64,000 nucleotides of DNA from Myxococcota bacterium (GTDB lineage: Bacteria > Myxococcota_A > UBA796 > UBA2385). Made by a program: the position numbers and the translations under genes. The number at the start of each line of letters is the position of its first letter. Positions within the stretch are counted from its first letter, which is position 1. Below, piece by piece: positions 9,147 to 19,100 of this stretch. The stretch covers positions 96,001 through 160,000 of the forward strand of contig JBIJDH010000001.1 of the NCBI GenBank assembly GCA_044344255.1, given 5' to 3'. The notes beneath the pieces were generated by a model, which worked only from the letters and a program-made list of their open reading frames with translations, ran no database searches and had not been told where the DNA came from.

Positions 9147-10385
9147 TCAAGGGAGCTTCGCGCCCGGGAGCCCACCCGTGAGCCGAGCGCCGTCTCCGGC
9201 CTGGAGGTCCATCCGATAGAGGTTCCAGCTGCGATCTCGCCGCGCGCCCACGCGGCGGAGGACGTGGTGGAGGGCGTGGGCCTCCTCTCCCGTCCAGGAG
9301 ACGTCGATCACCCGCACCCCGCGGGCCAGCGCCCGGCGCGCGGTCTCGGCGAGGAGCAGGAGCTCGAGGCTGCGCATTCGATAGTCCGGCAGCACCGCGA
9401 TGTTCTGGAGGCGCAGCGTGGTGCTGTGCGGGCAGCCGACGAGCAGGCGCAGCCAGGCGGTGGGCAAGAGGCGCCCGTCCCGCGGCAGGAGGGGGGTCAC
9501 GTCGGGGAGGGTGATCGCGCAGCCCACCGGGCGGCCCTCATGCTCGACGAAGAGCAGCAAGTCATCGATGGCGACGCGGCCCAGATCGTAAGCGAAGGCG
9601 GCGAGGCTGCGGTGGCTCAGCGGGGAGTGCCCCCACTGATCGGCGCGGGAGGCGTTGAGCAGGGCGTGCCAGTGGACGAGGTCGTCCTCCCGACGCCGGC
9701 CGCATGCCGATCGCACCGTGAAGCCGTCCCGCTCCACCAGCCGCTCAGCCTGCGAGAGGACCTGCAGCAGGCGCGGATCGGCGAGCCCCTGGCGCAGATC
9801 CCACCGCCAGCCGACGAGCTCACGAGCCGGCTGAAAGCCGAGGCCCTCCAGCAGGGGACCGTGGGTCGGTGGGTTGTAGGCGGTGCCGAAGACCGGCGGA
9901 CGATCGAAGCCCGACACCAGCGTGCCCGCCACATGATCGAGCGAGAAGCTCACCGGGCCGAAGAGCTCGAGGGCGCCCTGCTCGCGGAGCCAGCCGCCCG
10001 CCGCGGCGAAGAGGGCCTCGGCTGCCGCCGCGTCCTCCGCCTCGAAGAAGCCGAACCAGGCCGCGCCCTTCCCCTGGGCGCGATCGAAGGCGCGATCGAT
10101 CTGCACGGTGACCCGCCCGACCAGCCGCCCCCGCCGCTCGGCGATGAGGGCGATGAGCTCGATGTCTTCGAGGGCCGGGTTGCGATCTGGATCGAGGAAG
10201 AAGTGGCTGTCGCGGCGGAGCGGGGGCACAAAGCGAGGGTCCGCCGCGTAGAGCGCCGGGGGCACCGCCATAAAGCGCCGCCGATCGGCGCGGCGGCGCA
10301 GATCGACGCGGGTCACGCGCAAGGGCCCCTCCGCCTGCAGGGCAGCGGTGGCTTCAGGGTGGGCGCGGAGGGCGGCCAGGGGCAT
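9147..10385 (-). CDS. GNAT-fold protein, YghO-like
   Basis: LYAADPRFVPPL, GRLVGR, FGFFEA, LFGP, YNPP, ITLPD, VLPDYR, VSWT pattern of this family. Confidence 0.75.
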   Translation of the reverse strand: MPLAALRAHPEATAALQAEGPLRVTRVDLRRRADRRRFMAVPPALYAADPRFVPPLRRDSHFFLDPDRNPALEDIELIALIAERRGRLVGRVTVQIDRAFDRAQGKGAAWFGFFEAEDAAAAEALFAAAGGWLREQGALELFGPVSFSLDHVAGTLVSGFDRPPVFGTAYNPPTHGPLLEGLGFQPARELVGWRWDLRQGLADPRLLQVLSQAERLVERDGFTVRSACGRRREDDLVHWHALLNASRADQWGHSPLSHRSLAAFAYDLGRVAIDDLLLFVEHEGRPVGCAITLPDVTPLLPRDGRLLPTAWLRLLVGCPHSTTLRLQNIAVLPDYRMRSLELLLLAETARRALARGVRVIDVSWTGEEAHALHHVLRRVGARRDRSWNLYRMDLQAGDGARLTGGLPGAKLP

Positions 10386-10443
10386 CCCCGCACCCTACCC
10401 GAACCGATCGACGCCGCCACGCGAGGCGGCGCGGCCCTCGGGC

Positions 10444-11133
10444 TCAGGGTGCGCCGAAGAGGGGCACCTGGCGCTCCTCCACCGGGAGGTATCGCTCGGG
10501 GGAGCCCGCCACCGGACGCCCATCCAGCCAGCCGCGGATGTAGGACAGCACCTGCGCGCGATGCTCCATGTCGCCGACGTAGTCGAGCTCCGCGGTGTTG
10601 AGCACGTAGATCGGCGCCCCCTCGAAGCCCGACCAGAGCCGATAGTACCGCGCTCGGAGAGACTCGAGGTACTCGGCCGAGATCACCTGCTCCGCCGCGA
10701 TGCCACGCCGGCCGATCCGTCCGCGGATCACCTCGGTGGGGGCGTCGAGGAAGAGGATGAAGTCCGGCCGCGGGATGGTGCCGGACAGCAAGCGCGCGAA
10801 CCGATCGTAGAGGTCGAGCTCGTCTCCCACGAGGGTCTCCTCGGCGAAGAGGCGATCCTTGGCGAAGATGTAGTCCGACACGATGACCTCGTTGAAGAGG
10901 TCGACCTGCTGGAGCTGCTGCTGCTGGGCGAAGCGGCTGGCCAGGTAGAACATCTGGGCGGGGAAGGCGTACCGATCGCGGTCCGAGTAGAAGGCCGCCA
11001 GGAAGGGATTGTCATCCCACGGCTCGAGCACCAGCCGGGCCCCCCAGTCGGCCTCCAGGATGCGGCAGAGGGAGGTCTTCCCGACGCCGATCAGCCCCTC
11101 GATGACGATGAACTTGGGGCGAAAGGGCGACAC
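10444..11133 (-). CDS. Deoxynucleoside kinase
   Basis: IVIEGLIGVGKTSL P-loop, NPFLAAFY, QMFYLASRF, DYIFAKDRLFA, PDFILFL; GTG start. Confidence 0.92.
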   Translation of the reverse strand: MSPFRPKFIVIEGLIGVGKTSLCRILEADWGARLVLEPWDDNPFLAAFYSDRDRYAFPAQMFYLASRFAQQQQLQQVDLFNEVIVSDYIFAKDRLFAEETLVGDELDLYDRFARLLSGTIPRPDFILFLDAPTEVIRGRIGRRGIAAEQVISAEYLESLRARYYRLWSGFEGAPIYVLNTAELDYVGDMEHRAQVLSYIRGWLDGRPVAGSPERYLPVEERQVPLFGAP

Positions 11134-11176
11134 AGGGAGCCTCCAAGCGTGGGCCTTCGGGCCGCGCCGACGCTCC

Positions 11177-12715
11177 CTAATCCGATCCCCCCGGCCCTCG
11201 CCCCCCTGTCCCGTGCTCCAGGGACCGACATCCTTCAACCTCAGCGTGCGCCGACTGCACGGCGAGGTGCGGAGTCGTCCCGATCGGACGCCCGTCTTGG
11301 CACGGCCTCGGCGCGAGATCGGGCCCCGCTCTCCACACCTTCCTCCACACCGCCAGCGGGCCGGAGCCCCGGTAGACCGCCTCCCAGCCGGACCGATCCA
11401 CCGTGAGCGGCGGCCCCTCGCCCACGAACCAGCACAGCCAGTCCGCCTCGCTGCCATCGGGATCGTGGCGCGGGAGGCGGGCGTAGAGGCCGATGTCTTG
11501 GTACACGCCGCCAAGCAGTGCCGATCCGGGCGCCGCGGCCCCCGCGATCCATCCCGCCACCTCGGCGAAGTGCTCGGCGCGCGCACGCTCGGCGCGCCAG
11601 CCCCCGATCGCCTCGGGCCAGCGCATCAGGGCCGGGGAGGCGCCCGCCAGCACCAGCAGGACGACGAGGCGCCGCCTCCAGCCGCTCGCACCCGCGCCCG
11701 CCGCGGCCACGGCCAGCGCGAGCGGCAAGAGCAGCAGGACGTGGCGCCGTTGGGACCAGATCACCAGCGCCGGGGCCGCCGCGAGTAAGGGCAGCCAGGC
11801 CCCGAGGAGCCGGCCGCGGGGAGCGGCGACCGCCACCGCGACGAGGATGATCAGGAGCCCATCTCCGGAGAGCGAGAGCGCCCGCCGAGCGTGCCAGGCG
11901 AGCTGCCCCACACGATCCCCGCCCTCCACCAGGGCGAGGTAGGCCGCACGATCGCCCCGATGAAGCTCGCGGAGGAAGGGGAGCGACTCTGGGCCGGTCG
12001 CCTGAAAGACCGCCAGGGCGCCGCTCGACCGATCCGACCAGGGCTGCGCCCAAGGCCAAGGCCCTCCGCCGAAGGCGAGCGGGCCGACACAGAGGAGGAC
12101 GGTGAGCAGGCCGAGGGCGCCGAAGCGCCGCGCGTGAAGGAGGAGCGCGCCCGCGACGACCGCCAGCGGGAGCCCGTGCTCTCGCACCAGGGGCAGCAAG
12201 CCCGCCACCCCGGCCGCGATCAAGGCGGCCCGAGCGGATGTCCGGGCCTGGAAGAGCGCGCCGGCCAGCAGGACAGTGAGCAGGGCCGCGAGGCTGTCGG
12301 GCTGCACCTGCTGGGCCCAGGCCGCCACGTCGGGCGAGAGGAGGGCCAGGACCGCGCCGAGCCCCGCAGCCGCTGGGGAAGCGCCCCCTCGGCGGGCCAA
12401 CCAGAAGACCGCCGGCGGCACCCCAGCGGCGGCCACCATCGACACCGACACCGCCGCCGGAACGAGCGGGAGCCCGAGGGCGATCAGCGCCGCGACGAGG
12501 GCGGGGTAGCCGGGCGGCACCAGCGGCGGCGCCCCCACGAGGAGATCACGCGCAGTGAGGCCCCAGAGCGGCGCGTCGGTGCCGAGGGCCCCCCACAGGC
12601 CCGCGCCCAGCCGGAGCAGGGCGTGGGCCGCGAGCGCGCAGCCCCCGAGCGCGACGAGGCGCACCCACGGGATGAACGGAGGCTCAGCGACGACGGGGGT
12701 GAGGCTGCCCTGCAC
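11177..12715 (-). CDS. Polytopic membrane protein, GT-C-like candidate
   Basis: PPGYPALVA motif after the first TM, QPDSL, multiple TM segments, soluble C-terminus. Confidence 0.6.
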   Translation of the reverse strand: MQGSLTPVVAEPPFIPWVRLVALGGCALAAHALLRLGAGLWGALGTDAPLWGLTARDLLVGAPPLVPPGYPALVAALIALGLPLVPAAVSVSMVAAAGVPPAVFWLARRGGASPAAAGLGAVLALLSPDVAAWAQQVQPDSLAALLTVLLAGALFQARTSARAALIAAGVAGLLPLVREHGLPLAVVAGALLLHARRFGALGLLTVLLCVGPLAFGGGPWPWAQPWSDRSSGALAVFQATGPESLPFLRELHRGDRAAYLALVEGGDRVGQLAWHARRALSLSGDGLLIILVAVAVAAPRGRLLGAWLPLLAAAPALVIWSQRRHVLLLLPLALAVAAAGAGASGWRRRLVVLLVLAGASPALMRWPEAIGGWRAERARAEHFAEVAGWIAGAAAPGSALLGGVYQDIGLYARLPRHDPDGSEADWLCWFVGEGPPLTVDRSGWEAVYRGSGPLAVWRKVWRAGPDLAPRPCQDGRPIGTTPHLAVQSAHAEVEGCRSLEHGTGGRGPGGSD

Positions 12716-12748
12716 GTTCGGACGCGCCTCACGGCCGCCCGACGGGCC

Positions 12749-13576
12749 TCACTTGCCCTTCTTCTTGGTGCCCTTCTTGGCCGCGGTCGTCGTCGGCCCG
12801 TCGAGGTCTTCCACCTCCATGTCCTCCTCGGGCTCCGCGCGGGTGGCCGTGCTGGTCCGCGTGGAGGTCGTGGTGGTGGTCGTGGTGCCCGCCGACGCCG
12901 CCGAGGCCGTGCGCGAGGTGCCCCCCGTCGTGGTCGCGGTCGATCCGCTGGTCCCCGTCGAAGTGGTGCCGGCGGTGCGACTCGACGCGGTGCGGGAGCT
13001 GCCGCCGGAGGAGGTGGAGGTCGAGCCGGACGAGGTGCTGGTGCGAGACGAACCCTGGCCCGTACTGGCCGTCGCCGACCGTGAGCTCCCGGTGCTCCCG
13101 GAGCTCCCGGAGGCGGTCTTCGCCGAGCGGCCGGAGGAGGCCGCGCTCGCGGCGGCGGGCGCCTCCTTCTCGGGGGCCTTCTCCGCGGGGGGCTCGGCGG
13201 CGGCCGTGGTCGCCTCGGCGGCGGCGGGGTCGGCAGCGGCGGGGTCTACGGCCGCGGGGTCTGCTTCGGCCGCCTGCTCCGGAGCCGGCGCTTCGACGGC
13301 GGGGGCGGCCTCGGCCGCGGGCTCCTCCGGTGCGACCTCCTCTTCTTCCTCCCCGCCCTCCTCGGCTCCACCGGCGGAGCCGGGCACGCTCACGCCCTGC
13401 TCCTCCAGCCAGGCCGTCAGCGCGGCGTCCCCCTGAGAGTAGAGGAAGTACCCCACGCCTGCGGCGCCGACGCCCGCGCAGCCGAGGATCATGATGAGCC
13501 CAGCACACCCACCGATCGCGATCTTTACGCCCTTGCTCGCCACGAGAACCTCCAACGCGCAGGAGCGCGCCAACAC
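12749..13576 (-). CDS. Membrane-anchored low-complexity protein (Ala/Glu/Pro then Ser/Thr/Gly-rich)
   Basis: Single N-terminal TM followed by long disordered tracts; start uncertain. Confidence 0.65.
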   Translation of the reverse strand: MLARSCALEVLVASKGVKIAIGGCAGLIMILGCAGVGAAGVGYFLYSQGDAALTAWLEEQGVSVPGSAGGAEEGGEEEEEVAPEEPAAEAAPAVEAPAPEQAAEADPAAVDPAAADPAAAEATTAAAEPPAEKAPEKEAPAAASAASSGRSAKTASGSSGSTGSSRSATASTGQGSSRTSTSSGSTSTSSGGSSRTASSRTAGTTSTGTSGSTATTTGGTSRTASAASAGTTTTTTTSTRTSTATRAEPEEDMEVEDLDGPTTTAAKKGTKKKGK

Positions 13577-13649
13577 GACCAGCGGTTATCCCCGCCCTCC
13601 ACAAGAGGGTAGGTCACCGGTCTGCCCTTGGGACGCCCCAAAGACGTCG

Positions 13650-14549
13650 TCAGGGGCCAGTATCTTCATAGAAGTAGGCGGAAACCGCGTCGTACTCGAA
13701 GTTCACCGAGATGTCGTGACACACCCCGCCTTCGTCGGGCCAGAGGTCGGCGCTGGCGTCCAGCAGCGACTGCATGATGCCCGCCAGGGCCGCGTCCACG
13801 TTGTTGGTCTCGGCGACGTCGACGAGCGCGTCGATGTTCGTCCCTCCCCCCATGACACCCGAGGCGTTCTCGGCGTCCTCCAGGTTTACGCGGAAGGCGC
13901 CCCCCTGCACCTTGAAGTCGACGTTGACGTCAAAGACGGTGAGGGGGATTGAGAGCTCGAGGGGCGCCGCGATCAGGACCCCGTCCACGATGCTGGCCTG
14001 ACCGACATGGACGGCGGGGATGGAGAGGTCGCGATCGAAGGTCTGGCCGGAGAGGATGAGCCCATCCGTGCCGAGCATCGGGGTGCCGGTGCCGCGGAGC
14101 ACCGTGAAGTCTACGCAGTCGTCGTTGATGAGGTCGTCCACGCCGGTGATCTGGTACATGATCAGCAGGTTGCCGGCCTCGATGCTCGACTGGATCAGCC
14201 CTTCGATCGCGGCCGCTTCGGTGAGGTCGAGGGCGGGCTGCACCCGCGCCCAGCCGTTGTCGATGCCGGTGTTGCCATCGGGGTCGACATAGTCGGTGAT
14301 GCCACAGCCGAGGGCGTCACTCTCGGCGCTGACCGAGCCGTCGAGGTCGAAGCCGTCCGAGACCCCATCGGCGTCGGCGCGCACGAAGGCGAGGGTGCGG
14401 AGCAGGCCCACCACCGGCTCGCCGCCCTCGCAGGTGCCCGCCGCGCTCCCCTCCGCAGGATCGCCCGGCTCATCTTCAGCGCGACAGCCGGCCTGGAGCG
14501 CGACGAGGAACGCCACCAGCGGGAGGGTCGTAAGGGGGGGGATGCGCAT
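13650..14549 (-). CDS. Hypothetical lipoprotein
   Basis: ATG at 14549 after GGAG; LQAGC lipobox; acidic domain with DGFDLDG and GIDN. Confidence 0.75.
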   Translation of the reverse strand: MRIPPLTTLPLVAFLVALQAGCRAEDEPGDPAEGSAAGTCEGGEPVVGLLRTLAFVRADADGVSDGFDLDGSVSAESDALGCGITDYVDPDGNTGIDNGWARVQPALDLTEAAAIEGLIQSSIEAGNLLIMYQITGVDDLINDDCVDFTVLRGTGTPMLGTDGLILSGQTFDRDLSIPAVHVGQASIVDGVLIAAPLELSIPLTVFDVNVDFKVQGGAFRVNLEDAENASGVMGGGTNIDALVDVAETNNVDAALAGIMQSLLDASADLWPDEGGVCHDISVNFEYDAVSAYFYEDTGP

Positions 14550-14596
14550 GGGGCGGTCACTCCTGCGGGGGCGGGCAGGCGCCCCCCAACTCGAGA

Positions 14597-15928
14597 TCAC
14601 GCTTCGATGTCGGCGAGGCCGTCGGTGACGTAGCCTTCGTCCTGACCGAAGTCGCTGGCGGTGATGTCCATCGAGCGGATGAGGGTGAGGAGCACCTTGC
14701 TCACGTTCTCGGAGGTGTAGGAGCGGTAGTGGAGCCCGGTCCGCAGCGCCCCACAGGCGCTGCCTCCGATGAGGATGGGCATGTCCTCTCCGGAGTGGGT
14801 CTGGCCCTTCGAGACGTCCGTCGTGCCGAGCACGGCGCAATTGTCGAGCAAGGTGCCGTCCGCCTCCGGGACGGCGTCCATCGCGCCGAGGAGGTAGGCG
14901 TACTCTTCCACGCAGAGGCTCGTGATGGCGTGGACCTCGGGCTGATCTCCCGGCTCGTCATGGGTGAGGTTGTGGTGCCCCGCGCTCGCCCCCGGGAAGA
15001 GCACGTTGGACACCGGATCCGTCAGGTAGTGGCTCACCACCCGCGTCTGGTCACAGGCCAGGGCCATCACGAGGAGGTCACACATCGCGCGGCTGACCGC
15101 GGAGATCTGCGGCCGGCCGTCAATGTCGGGGTACTCGGCCAGCGGCTCGCTGGGGCGGGTGCAGGCCTCGAGGTTGGGCGGGTCCTCCTGCAGGCGGGCG
15201 AGCCGCTGCTCGAGATCGCGGATGCCATCGAGGTGCTGGTCAAGGCGGGCCGCGTCCGCTGCCCCGACCCGCTTGCGGAGGGCGGCGGTGTCAGCCATCA
15301 CGGCGTCGAGCACGCTCTGCCGGAGGCCGAGGCGGGGATCGACCACGCCCTCTTCACCGGGCTCCCGGAAGGTGGAGCCGAAGATGAGCTCATAGAGCGC
15401 GTACGGCGAGGTCTCTGGCGGGTTCTTGCTGCTCGGGCCGTTGTACGACATCCCCGAGTTGTTGGTGGCCCCGGTCTGGATCGAGCGGAAGATGGAGTCG
15501 TCACCGAGCTCGGCGGCGATCACCTGATCGATCGAGGGGGCCATGAAGGTGAAGTCGGTGCCCACCGCCTGAAGCGGCGCGCCGGAGAGCATGCCTGCGG
15601 CGGTGGCGAGGTGGGCCTCCGTGTTGGGCACCTTGACGGCCATTCCGCTGACGACGGAGAGCTTGTGCTTGATGGCGGCGAGGCTGGCGAGCTCCGTGGA
15701 CAGGCTCCACTCGTCGCCCTCCCCCTCGCCAGTGGGCACCCAGTAGTTCGGGTTGTTCCCGTTGCCCCAGTAGAAGAGCGCGAAGCGCCGGGGGATGGCC
15801 CCGCCGCAGGCGTAGGCCGTGCCACTGCTGTTGAAGAAGGCCTCGAGCGGCGGCAGGGCCACCGAGACGAGGCTGCCGCGGAGGAAGCCGCGGAGGAGGT
15901 GTCGGCGGTTGATCGGCGCGCGGGCCAT
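14597..15928 (-). CDS. DUF1552 (HXXSHH) domain protein, Tat-like leader
   Basis: RRHLLRG leader, LPPLEA, SIDQVIA, ALACDQTRV, HHNLTH, TLLDN, HSGEDMP. Confidence 0.88.
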   Translation of the reverse strand: MARAPINRRHLLRGFLRGSLVSVALPPLEAFFNSSGTAYACGGAIPRRFALFYWGNGNNPNYWVPTGEGEGDEWSLSTELASLAAIKHKLSVVSGMAVKVPNTEAHLATAAGMLSGAPLQAVGTDFTFMAPSIDQVIAAELGDDSIFRSIQTGATNNSGMSYNGPSSKNPPETSPYALYELIFGSTFREPGEEGVVDPRLGLRQSVLDAVMADTAALRKRVGAADAARLDQHLDGIRDLEQRLARLQEDPPNLEACTRPSEPLAEYPDIDGRPQISAVSRAMCDLLVMALACDQTRVVSHYLTDPVSNVLFPGASAGHHNLTHDEPGDQPEVHAITSLCVEEYAYLLGAMDAVPEADGTLLDNCAVLGTTDVSKGQTHSGEDMPILIGGSACGALRTGLHYRSYTSENVSKVLLTLIRSMDITASDFGQDEGYVTDGLADIEA

Positions 15929-15929
15929 C

Positions 15930-17648
15930 TCAGCCTCCCACCGCTTCGAGGGCGCCCGCGGTGCGGAAGCCCGGGCTCGTGACCAGCGCCCGGAGGAGAG
16001 GCTCGACCCGGTGTTCCTCCATCACGAAGGCCTCGTTCAGCCAGTTCACCATCGCCTCCTCTCCCTCGGCGAGGGGGTGGCCCTCGGCGTAGCGGTACAT
16101 GGTCTCGGTGAGGCAGTACGGCACCCGGGGGCTCTCCGCGAGGCGCTGGCCGAGGCCGATGGCGTCGGCGAAGGGCTCACCGTCGAGCTCGCCGCTGGGG
16201 TCGATCACCGTGTCATTCTCGGTGAGGCGCCAGCTCCCGAGGCCGTCGAAGTTCTCGAGGCCGAGCCCGATGGGGTCCATCAGGTTGTGACAGGTGGCGC
16301 AGGCCGGATCCGTGGCGTGCACCGAGAGTCGGTCGCGCATGGTCGGCCCCGCCTCGGAGACCTCGGGGAGGGAGGCGTTGAGGTCGGCGGGGGGCGGCAG
16401 CACCGTCTGGCAGAGGAGCTGCTCTCGCATCGACTTGCCGCGCACCGTGGCCGAGGTGCTCGTGGGGTGCGCGTTGAGCGCGAGGAAGCCCACCTGGCCG
16501 AGCAGGCCCGCTCGGCCGCCGTCGGCGGGGAGCTCCACCTCTCCGAAGCCGTCCCGCGAGGGCGCGGCGACGTTGTAGAGGGCCGCGAGCTCCCGGTTCA
16601 CAAAGGTGCGGCGGGTGGTGAAGAGGTCAAGGTAGCTCCCCTGCTCTTCGAAGATCAAGGCCTCGATGCCGAGGCGGGTCTCCTCCCGGCCGGCGGCGCC
16701 GAGGCTGTCGGTGAAACGAGTGAAGACCGTGGGGTCCTTGTCGATGTTCGGGAGGGAGTGGAGCGCCAGCATCTCGTCGAAGAGGGTCGCCACCCCCTCG
16801 CGGACACGCGGATCGGCGAGCAGCCGATCGGCCTGGACCGCGATGCCAGCATCGGTGCTGAGCTCTCCCGCCTCGGCGGCGTCGAGGAGCTCATCGTCGG
16901 GCATCGTGTTCCAGAGGAAGTAGCTCAGCCGGGACGCCATCTCGACGCTGGTGTAGACCCGCCCGCCCGCGCCGTCGTCCTCACCGAGCTCGACCCGGTA
17001 GATGAAATAGGGCGACTGCAGCAAGCCAGCGACACCGAACTCAAGGCCGGCGTAGAAGTCGTCGAGCACCGCGGCGGCGGTGGTGCTGACGAGGCTCAGG
17101 CTGTCGAGCTCCTCCTCGCTCAGCGGGCGGCGCCAGGCCCGACGCCCGAGGGCGCGGAGGGTGTCGCGGACGCAGTCCGGATCGACCACGTCCACGGGGG
17201 AGCAGGTGACGAGGGTGGCCCGCCGTGTCTCGGAGGCCATCACCTGCTCCGCGAGGTTGAAGGCAGCGTCTTCGTAATCGGCGACCCCGCTCGCCGAGAG
17301 GCTGGCCGCGGTGGCGCCCTCGGAGAACAAGCCGTCCACGGCGGTGTCCGGCTCGAGGCCCTGAGGCACGACGATGTCGTCGCCGAACAAGGCGCGCACG
17401 GTGTTCCCGTATTGAACGGTGGTCAACCGTCGGAGCTGCGGCTCGGCGGGCGTCACCGAGGGGGCCGGCCCCAGCTCGGCTTGGGACTCACCCTTGGCGA
17501 CCGGCTCGTCCTTGCAAGCCGGGCCGGCGACCAGCGCCGCCCCGAGGGCGAGCGGCAGCAGCGCGGAGGGCGGGCGGTGTCGGAGCGGGTTGTTCAACAG
17601 CTTGTTCAACAGCGGCCACCTCGGCGCGACGGCGCGTTCGCGCGACAA
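15930..17648 (-). CDS. DUF1592/1595/1588/1585 (PSD/PSCyt3) domain lipoprotein with CxxCH
   Basis: LRRLT..QYGNTV, AWRRPL, QSPYFIYR, ASRLSYFLWNTMPDDELL, CATCH..MDPIG.GLENFD. Confidence 0.9.
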   Translation of the reverse strand: MSRERAVAPRWPLLNKLLNNPLRHRPPSALLPLALGAALVAGPACKDEPVAKGESQAELGPAPSVTPAEPQLRRLTTVQYGNTVRALFGDDIVVPQGLEPDTAVDGLFSEGATAASLSASGVADYEDAAFNLAEQVMASETRRATLVTCSPVDVVDPDCVRDTLRALGRRAWRRPLSEEELDSLSLVSTTAAAVLDDFYAGLEFGVAGLLQSPYFIYRVELGEDDGAGGRVYTSVEMASRLSYFLWNTMPDDELLDAAEAGELSTDAGIAVQADRLLADPRVREGVATLFDEMLALHSLPNIDKDPTVFTRFTDSLGAAGREETRLGIEALIFEEQGSYLDLFTTRRTFVNRELAALYNVAAPSRDGFGEVELPADGGRAGLLGQVGFLALNAHPTSTSATVRGKSMREQLLCQTVLPPPADLNASLPEVSEAGPTMRDRLSVHATDPACATCHNLMDPIGLGLENFDGLGSWRLTENDTVIDPSGELDGEPFADAIGLGQRLAESPRVPYCLTETMYRYAEGHPLAEGEEAMVNWLNEAFVMEEHRVEPLLRALVTSPGFRTAGALEAVGG

Positions 17649-17702
17649 TGTACGCTCAGATGGTCAGGCCCACAAGCGCTCACCGCCGCCGGCCCGGGCC
17701 TC

Positions 17703-18422
17703 TCAAGCCGGCGGGATCACACCATCCCACGTCAGCGCTCCGCCGGCGCTGAGGTCGAGGCTGATCGAGTCGAGGGCCACCGAGACCGCCACATCGTCGA
17801 AGCCCACCCAGTTGAGCTCGCCCTCGGCGAAGGTGTCCCAGCCGTCGGAGGAGAGGATGACCATCCGCCCGGCGTACACGTCGTCCTCGATCGGCGGCTC
17901 GTCAAAGGTGAAGCGCAGCGTGTCTCCGAGGAGGAGCATGGCCCACGGGTCGCCGGGATCGGGGGAGCAGACAGCCTCGGCGAAGAGCAGGTCTCCGTCC
18001 CGATCAAGCGTCATCGGGCAGTCGAGGGAGAAGGGGTAGGGCTGCCCCTCGAAGACCGCGACCGCCTCGACGGACAGGGACCCCTCGTAGTGGCCGTCGC
18101 CGTCGTTACGACCGTCACAGTCGTCGTCGACCCCGTCCCAACGCTCCGGGGCCCCCGGGTAGATGTCGGGGTCGGCGTCTCGGCAATCGACGTCCTCGGC
18201 GTATCCATCCCCGTCGCGGTCTTGGAGCGGGGTCTCACCGCCCCCCCCGACGTCCCCTCCGCCTCCCCCATCTCCGCCTCCGTCCGTGGCCTCGGCCGAC
18301 CCGCTGTCTTCCGCCTTGGAGGTGCAGCCGGCGAGGCAAGATCCTCCCACGGCGCCGAGCAAGAGGAGGCCCGGGAGGCGCAGAGGGGAGCAAAGCCACG
18401 AGCGAGGATGATGGTCAAGCAT
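17703..18422 (-). CDS. Lipoprotein with one MopE-type putative metal-binding repeat
   Basis: LAGC lipobox; DRDGDGY..DCRDADPDIYPGAPERWDGVDDDCDG. Confidence 0.75.
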   Translation of the reverse strand: MLDHHPRSWLCSPLRLPGLLLLGAVGGSCLAGCTSKAEDSGSAEATDGGGDGGGGGDVGGGGETPLQDRDGDGYAEDVDCRDADPDIYPGAPERWDGVDDDCDGRNDGDGHYEGSLSVEAVAVFEGQPYPFSLDCPMTLDRDGDLLFAEAVCSPDPGDPWAMLLLGDTLRFTFDEPPIEDDVYAGRMVILSSDGWDTFAEGELNWVGFDDVAVSVALDSISLDLSAGGALTWDGVIPPA

Positions 18423-19005
18423 GGCACATGTTATCTGGCGCAGCGACCTGGAGGCTGCCCTGACTGGAATCGACCCCTCCCGCCCCAGCTACTCGGTGCG
18501 GATCGCGCTCCTGACGGTCTCGGACAGCCGCTCCGTGGCGGACGACCGATCGGGCGCCTACCTCGCCACCACCCTCCTTGCGGCTGGGCACACCCTGGCC
18601 AATCGCGCCATCGTGAAGGACGAGGTGGACGAAATCGTCGCCCGCCTGCGCGCGTGGATCGACGACCCCACCGTCGACGTGGTGATCTGCACGGGTGGCA
18701 CCGGCCTCACCGGGCGGGACGTCACCCCCGAGGCCTTCGATGTGGTGGTAGAGAAGCAGATCCCCGGCTTCGGAGAGCTGTTTCGCTGGCTCTCCTTTCA
18801 GAAGATCGGCACATCCACCATCCAGTCTCGCGCCACCGCCGGGGTCGCCGGGGGCACCTACCTCTTCGCCCTGCCGGGCTCGCCCTCCGCCTGTCGAGAC
18901 GCCTGGGAGGGCATCCTGGTACATCAGCTCGACAGCCGCTATCGGCCCTGCAATTTCGTCGAGATCATGCCACGCCTCTCCGAGCACTTGAGCCGAAGAC
19001 CCTGA
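18421..19005 (+). CDS. moaB: Molybdenum cofactor biosynthesis protein B (start possibly CTG 18460)
   Basis: LTVSDSR, TGGTGLTGRDVTPEA, PGFGELFR, QSRA, LPGSP motifs. Confidence 0.93.
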   Translation: MAHVIWRSDLEAALTGIDPSRPSYSVRIALLTVSDSRSVADDRSGAYLATTLLAAGHTLANRAIVKDEVDEIVARLRAWIDDPTVDVVICTGGTGLTGRDVTPEAFDVVVEKQIPGFGELFRWLSFQKIGTSTIQSRATAGVAGGTYLFALPGSPSACRDAWEGILVHQLDSRYRPCNFVEIMPRLSEHLSRRP

Positions 19006-19100
19006 GCCGCAGAACCTGAGCGCTCCGCGGGAGGAGCCACGCGCGAACCGCCGCCCGGGCCCTTGAACCGACCCTCTCACCGTGGCAGCATCGGAGCCGC

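Noticed and set aside
15819..19019. 1066-aa plus-strand ORF
   Set aside because: Shadow frame antisense to the DUF1592 and MopE genes and out of frame over moaB; no motifs; typical high-GC artefact
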